Of a stretch of 64,000 nt of DNA, positions 41,866 to 53,024 are shown one piece after another. The position numbers and the translations under genes were made by a program. Within the stretch, counting starts at the first letter, position 1, and every line of letters starts with the position of its first letter. The notes beneath the pieces are model-generated. The model saw only the letters and a list, made by a program, of their open reading frames with translations. It did no database searches and had not been told where the DNA came from. Source of the DNA: Massalongia carnosa (taxonomy: Eukaryota); NCBI GenBank assembly GCA_965645245.1, contig OZ287084.1:868001-932000 (forward strand), given 5' to 3'.

Positions 41866-43631
41866 ATGAACAACTCACAGTTTCGCCGTCTGCTTGATAT
41901 CCCCGCTACGACCACTCCGAGCAATGGGCTGACCACCACTGCCACACCGAGACGAGAGGCCTCGATGGCGGCCTCGCTCGGTTCTCGTTTGCGTCCAAGT
42001 ATTCCTATGACACCGTATGTACTTAGTATGTTATCATCAGTTCAAGTTACTAATAATAATACTGCAGACGCGCAGTAACAACTTCAGCCGGAGTGGACTT
42101 TGCGCGTCAAGTCGCAGAGCAAAACGCCCAGTTCAATCCGGCTGCAGCCCGGAAATTTCGCTCCACAGCTGCACCCAAAGGGACCAAACTCAAGTCAGGT
42201 TATCAAGATCGTACGCAACTACGAACATCTACCGAGGAAAATGACAAGGCGTCAAGAGTTAAGGCGTTGGAAGATATGGTGAAACTGGGTCAAATGGATA
42301 TGCCTACGTTCGAAGCCTTAAGGGATAAGATTGTTGGAGGAGATGTGAAGGATGTACATTTAGTCAAAGGACTAGATTGGAAGCTATTAGAACGGGTGAG
42401 GAAGGGAGAAGACGTTCTCGCTGACTCTGCTGTTACGGTTCAATCTAAGACGGCTCCAGAAAACTCAAGGGATATTTCCTTGGGCAAAGATGATATTGCT
42501 GTTGATGAGGAATTGGAGTTAGTGGAAGATCAAGAAGTGCTACCGGTCAAGAAGGAGGCGAAATCAAAGAAGGGGGAAATGGCACTTCCCCCGGCTCTGG
42601 CAAAAAAAAAGCGAAACAGGGATGAGATCTTAAAAGAGTTGAAGGCGTCCAGATTAGCAGCAGCTGAGAAAGCGAAGCTGCCTAGTCTTGGGCCAAGGTT
42701 CACAAAGTTTGGGGAGAAAAAGGGGCAACCTAGGATCGAGAGGGATGAGCGGGGCAGGGAAGTCTTGATCACGGTAGATGTGGATGGGAAAGTGAAAAGA
42801 AAAGTGAAGAGAGCAAAAACCGAGGATGAGCCTGCTGTCAAAGAACATGGTTTGTTGATGCCAGCCAAGGACTCTAAACCCTTAGGAATGGAAGTCACTC
42901 CGCTTGCACCTCCTACGTTGAACGATGAAGACGGGGGGGATATATTTGAGGGTGTGGGCGATGATTATAATCCGCTGGGTGACGTTGATGAGGAGGATTC
43001 GGACGAATCAGACTCCAATCATGATTTAGCAGGGGATTCCAACAGATCCAAGGCGCCCAGCCCAGCCCTACCAGAAGAAAAGGATACATCACCACCAAAG
43101 CCAATCCACCCGCCTGATCCATCTGCTTCAGCTCTTCCTGCAGCACCCAGTCACGAACAGAAAAGCTCTCGCAACTACTTCGGCGAAACCAGTCGCACGG
43201 ACGTCGACGATCGACCCATATCTCCATCCCACCCCCTCACCAACCCCGCAATCCTCGCAGCCCTCAAACGCGCCGCCACCATCACCCCCCTTTCCTCTTC
43301 CTTCAGCGCCGATGCCACCACGCTAGCAGAAGAAGCAAAAATTGCCCGTCGCAAGAAACTGCTCGAGTCGCACGATCGCGACGAGGATGACATGGACATG
43401 GGCTTTGGCGGCAGCCGCTTTGAGGACGGCGAGGACGGCGAGGACGGCGAGGATGATGGGAAGAAAGTGAAGTTGTCCGTGTGGGGCCAGGACGGAGGAG
43501 GAGAGGAGGGCGGCAAAGGCGGAGGGGGGAAGGGAAAGCGAAAGAGAGCGCCGAAGAAACGGAAAGGGGACGCGAATAATGCGGCGAATGTGTTGAAGGT
43601 GATGGAGAGGAGGAAGGCTGAGGGGAGGTAA
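41866..43631 (+). CDS. RED/IK-like spliceosome-associated protein (RED N-terminal domain)
   Basis: MNNSQFRRLL, GYQDR, GGD...VHLVKGLDWKLL.RVR, DIFEGVG.DYNP; one intron about 42016-42068. Confidence 0.8.
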
Positions 43632-45732
43632 CGAGGAGTTCGAAACGGCTATTGAAGAAGCTATGATGGAAAGAATCCTGCAACCACGCCCAGGAACCGG
43701 CTACGATTGGCACCGGCACTGCTCCTGGCGATCACGAGACAACGACGACCATAACTGCACATCTTCGCCTTCCCCGGCCAACCAACTAGCCAGCCACCTC
43801 CATTCTCAATACGCTGGTCTCCACATCACCTTTACCCGAACCCCAACCCCAACCCCAACAAACTTAAATCCCATGATTCCCAGCATGCCTTCTCCCCCCT
43901 TGTCCCTTGGGCCAAATGGACCTTTCCACAAACACCTATCCCGACAGATCCCTAGAAAGTCATCAGACATCATCAACCCAGCCACAGATTTTGCAAACAG
44001 TGACGAACGTTGCTGCGCTTGCGTGGGTGGGGGAGTGTGATTCCATAGCTCGATAGGTAGCGAGGGAGGGCTTGGATTGGCCAAGAACGGGGATGGACGA
44101 GGGTTGTTCCCGGTAGTGAGGGCGATGTGCGAGAGTATCAATAGCAGACAGGCCCGTCAACAGGCACGATCTTGGTCAAACCCACAGCATCCATGATCTC
44201 GTGAAAAGGAGATTAGGGAGATATGGATGGAGACGGATGGGAGAGAGTGGACGTGTATTGGGGGGGAGATGGAATAGGGAATCTACAGAGGGTGAAAGGT
44301 CTCCTAGTACAAGAACAGCGATGACTTGTGTTATCGCCAGATCCACGTCCAGTAAGGTAGGTGGTTTGCCCCGGGTTTGCATCATCACCGAGCATGTAGA
44401 AGAGGCACCGGTTGTTCCTTACCGTCCTTCTTCATCGTTATCCTCCGTCTCAAAGTTCACATCATGCCCTTGTTCGATGTCTTCCCCCACCACGGTGCTT
44501 CCATGGTTCCAGATCGCAGGCCTATCACGGGGCACATGCAACTCGGTCGGTAGTTCGCTGAAGGTGACGCATGAACGACAAATGCAAAGTTTCATCCAAC
44601 CCTGCTCGAACCATCTCGATGGTGGAGACGAGGAAGCATAAAGGAATGAGGACATGCTTTGTTGGCATCGCTCGCTTGATTGGACCTCTGTGGTCTGTTT
44701 TCTACGTCTGACCTGGTGTTTCAGAGCTGATCCACACTTCGGCCATCATTGCCCAATGTTTTTCGGCAGCGCCTCTCTCTGCTCGTGTGTACAGTACCTG
44801 ACGTTTTACCTTTAGCTAGAGTATCCGTTCGTCAGTTGGGTTTGGCCGTGTAGAGTCAAAGTCTCATCATACGTGGAAGGAAGCGGTACTCCGTACAGAG
44901 TCGGTTGTCATCGGGTGCGTGGGAGACTCAATGTAGTTCCGTTAGCTTGAAAATCGTTTTTGTGATTTTGATTCTTCGATCATCTTCGGACCCGAGCTCG
45001 GATTGGTTTAGTTAACAGATTATCCGAGAGGCTGAATTATTTAGGGTTCTTCATGGACATGATTGGACCGTTGCCTCCCTTTTTTTGGTTCCTGCATTAG
45101 TCGAGGCCCCCCTTCGTTAAGGGCACACTCCTGAAATAAGATCAGGGGTTCAGTCCTGCCGGTGTTGCCCTATCACACTCTTGTGTGCCTGTCACGGTTT
45201 GGTCCTCTTTGGGCATGAAAGGGCACCAACCCTTGCGAGTATCAATGCTACCAAAGCATCGCTTCAAAGATCCGAACAAGTCGAATGCTGTGTGATTGGC
45301 TCTGCTGGACGAATAACCCTCTAGGCTGTTAGATGTCCCGATGGCAATTACGTGGCGTCACCGTCAGGGTTACCAAGCGCCCCAAGATGTGGATCCCTAA
45401 AACCCAAAACAAATTGACGCTAGCGGTTTTCATAGTGTATATCTCCTTTCGCTATGTCTTTTCCTTTTTCTTCCTCAATTCCTGATTGCTACTTTCCCTC
45501 ATCGTCGTCGTCGTTGGCATCCTCGTCAGTGGAATTGTGTCGTTCCATCTCGCAACTCCAGCCACTCTTTGACAGAGCAGTCGCTCATTACACTCCTTAA
45601 AAAAATATCGTGGTTTACCTGCATATACAATCCTTTTCGAAGCCCTGGTAGGCTTGTGTGTTCCCGATCCCACAATAAACAGCCTGCTCTAGCTTTTCCA
45701 GTACATATTAAATTTACAAACGACATACAGCA

Positions 45733-47406
45733 ATGGCTTATCTCAGCATTGCATGTTTGGCTCTCCTTGTCCCAACTGCTCTCGCTATTCCGAGAATCCA
45801 GAACAAGTCCACCGGATACCCCACAGGCTTTCCCTCCGCCGGGCCACTCGCCACGGGCGGAGCAGGTTCCCCATATGGCCTACACAACTCTACGATTGGA
45901 GCACCAGTCGGGACGGGCGTTGCTCCCAGCCAACAAACAATAGTCTCAATTGTTCCCGTCCAGGGCTCCGGTACAGCTAGCGAGGCACCGATCTCTACTT
46001 CCGAGTCCCCAATCGATCATCATGCAGGCGGCGGCAACACGGAATCACCAGTTGCTGGAACGGCAGGCATTAGTGAATGTGGCCCAGCTACGGTCACGGT
46101 GACTGCAGCAAACACGGTTACCGTCACCGTTGGGGCAGTCCAAGTCAGCTCGTCGGGGGAGAAGTCCGAATCTCCATCGACAACTCCTGTGGCCTCGCAA
46201 GAAGCCAGCTCGTCCGTCCCTATCGTCGTGGGAACTGGTACTGCCGATCTTCCTATAGGCACTGAAAAGGCATCGGAGACGCCATCTTCGGGGCTATCCA
46301 CCGGAACCCCGTCTGTATCTCCTGTCGCAAACGTGGCCCACGGATATCACCATGCTAGCCTTCATCGCAAGTCTTCTTCCTCCACTGTGATCAGTTTTGC
46401 TTCAACGTCAACTTCCGAGGTTCCCGCTCCTACCACGACCTCCCTCCCGGAAACTAGCGCATCTGAAGCTCCATCGGTCATCGTCTCAACAAGTACGCCA
46501 GCTCCCGAGATCATCTCCTCTAACACTCAACCGGCATCCACGCCATCCACCAGCAAACCCGCCACCTTACAGGAGTACACCTACTCGCCCCCTGAAGCAG
46601 CCTCCTCCACTTCCGTCTCTGAAGCTCCCACTAGCTCCTCTCCTCTCCCACAATCTTCCTCGTCCGCCCCCGTCGCCAAATCCCACGTCACCACCTCATC
46701 CGGCGGCACCAAGCGTGGTTTGGTTTACAACACCGCCGCCCTTACCAATTCCTTTTCCTCCTCTGGCTCAATTTCATGGGCCTACAATTGGGACTCCCAA
46801 CCTGGTGGCAGCATTCCCGCCAATTTCGATTTCGTTCCCCAGCTGTGGGGTCCCATTCCCGTTCATACCGGAACCTGGAAGCAAAATGTGGATAAAGCCA
46901 TCGCCGCCGGCTCCACCCATATTCTCGGGTTTAACGAGCCCGATATTCCCGCCCAAGCGAATCTCTCGCCTGATCTAGCCAAGCAGGCCTGGATCGAGTA
47001 TTTGGAACCCTATGCCGGCAAAGCCAAACTTGGGTCCCCCGCCGTCTGCAACGGTCCCGCACCTATGGGCCTGACCTGGCTGTCTGCGTTCCTCGACACT
47101 TGTGGCAGCAGCTGTACGGTTGACTTTATAAACATCCACTGGTATGGCCTCGCGACTGATGATGGCGTTGCCGACTTCAAAGATCACGTTAGCAGAGCCG
47201 CAAAAGTTGCTGGGGGCCGCGAGATTTGGATCACCGAGTTCCAGCCCAGTGGCAGCGTTGCGGACCAGGCGGCCTTCATGGACAAGATCCTGCCTTGGCT
47301 CGACGACAGTCAGAGTGGAGTAGCGCGGTATGCGTATTACCAGGTGGATGCTATTTTGGCGAGCGGCAGTGGCTTGACGGAGTTGGGGACCAAATATGCG
47401 GCTTAG
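45733..47406 (+). CDS. Secreted Ser/Thr-rich protein with a C-terminal GH128-type (Asl1-like) beta-glucanase domain
   Basis: Signal peptide; long S/T/P linker; KRGLVY, SWAYNW, FVPQLWG, ILGFNEPD, IHWY, IWITEF, VARYAYY. Confidence 0.88.
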   Translation: MAYLSIACLALLVPTALAIPRIQNKSTGYPTGFPSAGPLATGGAGSPYGLHNSTIGAPVGTGVAPSQQTIVSIVPVQGSGTASEAPISTSESPIDHHAGGGNTESPVAGTAGISECGPATVTVTAANTVTVTVGAVQVSSSGEKSESPSTTPVASQEASSSVPIVVGTGTADLPIGTEKASETPSSGLSTGTPSVSPVANVAHGYHHASLHRKSSSSTVISFASTSTSEVPAPTTTSLPETSASEAPSVIVSTSTPAPEIISSNTQPASTPSTSKPATLQEYTYSPPEAASSTSVSEAPTSSSPLPQSSSSAPVAKSHVTTSSGGTKRGLVYNTAALTNSFSSSGSISWAYNWDSQPGGSIPANFDFVPQLWGPIPVHTGTWKQNVDKAIAAGSTHILGFNEPDIPAQANLSPDLAKQAWIEYLEPYAGKAKLGSPAVCNGPAPMGLTWLSAFLDTCGSSCTVDFINIHWYGLATDDGVADFKDHVSRAAKVAGGREIWITEFQPSGSVADQAAFMDKILPWLDDSQSGVARYAYYQVDAILASGSGLTELGTKYAA

Positions 47407-48327
47407 TCAAGCATCGTGGTTGCATTAGGCATTTGGCTGGACTCGTTTGCATTGCGCTGGTCGGGTTTACCTTAGGAAACGGTCCAAGATTGTGCAAGTA
47501 AGGTTATTGTTTTTGGTTTTGATTGTAACAGAAATGACGCGGATGACCAATACATAGATTGGATAGAAACACCAGCAATGCATGACTGATTTTTCACCTC
47601 ACTCTCCCCTGACATGAAACATGAACCTGCTAGGAATATGAAGCTAGGATTTGCACTTCAGACGTCGACAGTGGTTCTTATCAGGCCTTTTATCACTTAT
47701 CCCTTAAAGCCTGCTCCGTACCCTGTAATAGCCTTCATCATCTTGATCGCTAACCTGTGCCATCCTCATCATCCTCAGCCTTTTCTGCCGCCGGATTTTC
47801 AGGAAGGTGTTGCTTCGCCTCTTCCCCATTGTTGTATTTGAGGTGTGGAAACCAGACATGTCGTCCTCCAAGCGGGGCTGCGTAAGAATGAGCGGATGTG
47901 ATTGGTTGGTTGTTTGCGTCCATAATTTGGAAATTTGCGTGGAGGATCAATTCTATAATGGGGGTCTCGATCTACCTAGCGATGAACAAGCTTTGCGAAG
48001 GAGTCATGCACAATTCTTACCTCACAATCGCCATTTTCGCACCAGCAAGCTCTGGATATGAGCTCTTCAGACTGTCAATTGCGCTTTCCAACAGACTGAA
48101 CCCCTGTCATTCCAGACTTCCACATTAAGCTTAGGAAGCGGCCTGCTCTTGTGGTCCAGGACATGATTATAGTGAATAGTGAGAAGTTCTGCTGCAGCTG
48201 CACAACATGAGGAGTGACTTGTGAGGACGTATCTTGGACTTTACTGGCTGCCTACTCATGTGCCCGCTTTGTAACCTCTTTCACCCATCGAAAGCGTCTG
48301 CTTAAACAGGCTGTTACACCTTTCTTC

Positions 48328-49857
48328 ATGCTGCATTCTCGCGCCTTCCTCTCACTTGCGTTAAGGCGCTTCTCATCGCGACTTCCCTTAATCATGAAGA
48401 CGAGCTCTCACTCGTTGCCTGCTGACACCCTTTTCGAGGAGGAAGGAAACCCTGATTATGACCCGAGACGTTTCTATCCAGCCCGGGTTGGGGAAACCAT
48501 CAAAAAGTACCAAATCATCTCAAAGCTGGGCTGGGGAACTGGCTCAACAGTTTGGCTAGCTAAGGATATCAACCGGTTTATGCAATGCCCATTTTACCCA
48601 GCCCGTAGTAAGAAACCTTTAGTTGGCCATGGCAATCGGACCGATACGTGGCGCTCAAAATTACCAACTGCTTCGAAGGAGATCGGAAAGCGGCCAATGA
48701 TGAGCTGAAAATGTCTCAGTATATTTCCACAATCCAGTCTGTACATGCAGGTCGTTCCTATGTCAGACTGATTCAGGAGTCTTTCACAGTTGCAGGACCC
48801 TTTGGGGAACATCTCGCTTTGGTTTTTGAACCTTTGAGGGAACCCCTCTGGGTTTTGGGTCGACATCTCGGTACTGTAGGGTTGTCGCCGACTCTTCTCA
48901 AAGCCTTCCTGAGGCTTGTCCTACAAGGTCTTGACTTTCTTCACACCGAATGTCATATCATACATACTGGCAAGTGCACTGTTAAAATATTCTTGGACGA
49001 GAGATCGGCTAATGGTAAAACACAAGACCTTAAATCCGATAACTTTTTGTTAGGCTTTGAGGATAGCTCAGTCATCGATGATTACGTACGCCAACAGAAA
49101 AAAGAACTCTCTGTTTTCAAAGAAGTCAATGGACATCCTACATATCAATCACGGCCCGATTTCGGTCGCTTGAGGAAAGACGTTGGACTACTCAAGATCA
49201 GTGACTTTGGTGCTGCTGTTTTTGGCAACGTCCCAACGCCTCATTGTCATGACATCCAACCTGAGCAATTCTGCGCGCCAGAGGTTCTAACAAAGGCAGG
49301 CTGGACTTATAGCGCCGACATTTGGAACCTTGGCATGGTGGTAAGGATATATGGCACCGAGACACCTATTCGCGCAGCCCCGCTGACCTCTGCTTCACTG
49401 CTTAGCTTTGGGAGCTTTTGGAGGATACTTCACTCCTTGATGGGCTCGGGTTGGAAAGCAACAGGTACTCGCGCGAGGCCCATTTCGCTCAGATGATTGG
49501 CCTGCTTGGGTCACCCCCACAAGAACTGCTGAATCGGGCAGACAGCGCAATATATTCTAGCTTGTACACTACCCATGGTATGTATGGCTTTGCAGGGCGC
49601 TGATGACGCCGATGATCCCCTCGCTCACTGCCTTTACTAAATCATTCGAAACCCTTTCCCTAGGGGAGTTTAAGCATCCCCAACTCATCCCCCCCGAAGC
49701 CTCCTCCATCGCCGCTCGCACCCCCCGCGTCCTCCACGGAGAGGAGGAGAAGCGGCTTTTCGTCGCGTTTGCCGCGAAGATGCTTCGATGGCTTCCGGAG
49801 GAGCGGGCCACGGCCGGGGAATTGTACGGGGATCCCTGGCTCAGTTCCGGGGTTTAG
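48328..49857 (+). CDS. SRPK-like (CMGC, Sky1/Dsk1-related) Ser/Thr protein kinase
   Basis: KLGWG..STVWLA, YVALKI, HLALVFEPL, IIHTDLKSDN (after removing a GC-AG intron), ISDFG, APEV, ADIWNLG, MLRWLPEER.TA; four introns. Confidence 0.88.
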
Positions 49858-50093
49858 GTTGGAGGGAGATATGGGAAACGGATTGGGTAGGTAGGTAGCT
49901 CCTTGGTGTGTAGGGGAAAATGAATGAGTGAGTGAATGAATACTCCGCTCGGGGGTTTCCTGCTAACTGATTGTTCACCTGGGTAGAGAGTTTGTTCTGA
50001 AGAAGAAGAAACAAGAAAGAAACGAATCCTGCATTTTATGTATACGTATGTATGTATAACTGGAACGGGCATTTTCGGCTTTAACCTAGGGGG

Positions 50094-51431
50094 ACACGCG
50101 GGTGACAAAAATTTTACTCACAAATTTTGACGCCACCAAACCATCGAATTTTGACCCCTATTTGCATCGTGGCACCACACTATTATTATTGCTACTCCTA
50201 CTACTATCAATAACCTGTCATCGCACCGTCACCGTCTATCACCGCTTGCAGCCGTTTCGGCATCTCAGCCACCTTGCTATTGATGAAATTTTGCGAAACC
50301 GTGGCCCACCCCTCATGAATCAGTCCTACCGTGGTGGCCTCATCCCAATGAGGGAATTTGCGAATATACTGCTTGGGTGGCTGCCAGCAATTTTCAATAG
50401 ATGAGAGATCAGGAGACGAAGCACAGTTGAAATAGCTTTTCAACCCATTTTCTTCCTTCCATTTGCGTACGATATTGTTTTTACTAGTACCGTGCCCTGA
50501 ATCACCATCTTCTTCCAGACAGAAATCATCACCTCTGTTAAGCCACGGCTTGACGATGGGCTTCAAAATCTGATCAATATAGACCCTTTGACTCATCTTT
50601 CCATTAGTGTTGCCCGGAACGTCGTATAAACGATTGTCTGACTTGAAATTGTGGCCCACAGCAGCCCAAGCATGCTTTTTTTTTCAAGTCTTTTTCAGTT
50701 GATTCGTTCGTTTCTTGAAGACAATCTTGACAGTATAGTTGACCCGGCTTGCGAATGATGCGAATTTTCCCCTGAGGCCCATAGCTATAATGCACCTTAT
50801 CGCTGAATCGTACAGAAAACCAGTATTCATCATCAGGATATCTTTCTTTCATGACGATAGCCCATTCAAAACGACGTTTAGCCGTCGATTCGCTGACCTA
50901 GCCCTTTCTACATGCAATGCATTTATGATAATTCATCGTACCCATAACTCTCTGAATTGTACGACCACTGCACTCCAGTCCCACCTCGTAGCCCAGTTGA
51001 ACCTACGTTAACCCGAGAGCCTCCATGCCTTCTGTCTCCAAAATACGCTCCATCTCTCGTATGTGTCTCGGGGTCACAATTGAATGACGTCCACGTGTTT
51101 CAGGAACGTCGGCATTGTGTCTAGTACGATTGAAATTTTCTCTTGTCAACATTTTCCAGCCAGTTTGTTTTGAAGTGCCGAAAACACGAAAAACATCTTC
51201 TTTAAAATAAGGAATCTTCATCGCATCGCAAAACTCCACTGCACCCTGAATTTTGGCCCGTGTGGGGGTAGGATGATGGGTCTGAGCCTCATGCGACTCC
51301 AAAACAGGTGTGGTAGCTTTATTCATGGCTAAACGATGGTGTATAAAATGTGGTGGTTGAAAAGGGGTTAAAATTTGATGGTTTGGTGGGGTCAGAATTT
51401 GTGAGTAAAATTTTTTTTGTCACCCGCGTGT
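50094..51431 (-). mobile_element. Tc1/mariner-superfamily DNA transposon, about 1.34 kb, inactivated
   Basis: About 66-69 bp TIRs (50094-50159 and 51363-51431, ACACGCGGGTGACAAAAA..TTTTACTCACAAATT..ACCCCT; 4 substitutions and a 3-nt indel) enclose a DDE transposase. Confidence 0.93.
50207..51326 (-). pseudogene. DD37E transposase pseudogene
   Basis: RGR motif, VRFSD(K), [42 protein letters not shown] stops at 51003 and 50898 and a frameshift in the homopolymer at 50676-50684. Confidence 0.9.
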
Positions 51432-53024
51432 GGAGGGGTAATATATACTTGTCGCGACTCGCGTCAAAAAGATGATTAACCGGATAAGCGCGGAGGTGCA
51501 GGGGACCCTTCACCTAAGCACCACACCAATGATTAAACCCCTGATCTTCATGGCTTGTTTTATCCATGTTATTGTCTATATGCAACTTTAGATTATGAAA
51601 GACTCAACCAACTAAGTACGAGATTTTCGCTTGTGCGTGAGATGATTTTTTTCCTGTCGCATTTATCATAGCAGATTCTCGACATTTTAGGTCGGTCAGC
51701 CTGCAGGGTTAAAAACAATTGGGCTAAGCGAGTATTCCTTCAACCCCCCTCGAGCGTGGTCCCCCATTCGCCTTCAAAATTGAAGCTATTCAGCTTTGAT
51801 TACTCCCCGTGCGGGGTTATTATACCCCCTTTTGACTCCATTTCCCCTATGGACGTAGCTCTTTCCTATATCTTTTTTCGTCCTGCTTTGTAGCCTCATT
51901 AAACCCATAACCATCTTTCTGAAACGTAGCTTTTGTGAGTGGATGGCCAAATGGGAAGAGTACTTTGGACGTGTTTTATTGATGGCCTGAGCAGGGCTTT
52001 TTCGAGATGTGACATCCTCCCCCATAGACCTTTGTATTGACATATAAAGCTTTAAGTTAGCTGTGGTTGAATAAACTCGGTCATTGTTAATGGCGGCTTA
52101 TGGACTGCGAATTTTGCCGTGACGAATCTGACAAATGAAACCGTTTTCAGCAAATTTTGACTGAATGAGTTAAGCTGTTCATCATCTGTGTATACTGTAT
52201 AAGATCGAGTAGATTGGAGAGATGGAGGCGAGTTTGAAAATTGATGTGGAGGCTTATTCACGTAGTAAAAGTAAGCCGGGCTCACAACCTCATGAAATAA
52301 ATAGTTGACGGCATTACGTTGAAGTTACTACTAAAACCAATAGGGACAGCAAGTCTCTCCATTTTCCTTGCCGACCCCCCTTTCTCCTATTTTGAAGAAT
52401 CAACTCGTCTTAACTCGGGCTTTTATCCATCATCCATACGGGAACAGATTATCCCATTCTGTTTCCTCTCCGGAAATATCCGGCTTGGTCTCGTAGGTTG
52501 TGTTTATTAAAGTATTTGATCTATCTATTCATCCATCCATCCATTTATTAGTTTGTTTGTTCATTTCTTCTATGGGCTTTGTCATTCGCTGCAGGGTTAA
52601 GAACATAATGATGGGAGGAGTTTCCACCACATGGATGGATTGGTGGTGCACGGGGATAAGGTGCTAGATTGATGATGGTGTGGTTTTAGTATGTCAATGA
52701 GTTTTCAACTCGCGCCACCCATGCTCTTTTCTCCTTTCCCTGCTCTTTTTGCGAAACACCCCGCAAACACATATAGTTCACAAAAGGGGGCGTAGCAGTA
52801 CTGGTTGGAATACCGAACTGAGGTCGCAACGGTGGAGGAAGACCGACGGAAATGAGATGTATCGGGGCTCGTGATTTCTGGCATGTACAGGAATTTTTGC
52901 TGTGTGAGAAACGTCTCGGAGATGTGGAAAGGATGGTACAATTGGAACCTATATACATCGTCTCTCCATCCTTTACCTGACTGTCACCCGTCTTCCTCCA
53001 AATCCCTTGCCTACACATTTCCCT

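Noticed and set aside
51560..52520. Short ORFs between the transposon and VTC4
   Set aside because: No recognisable motif or consistent splice model.
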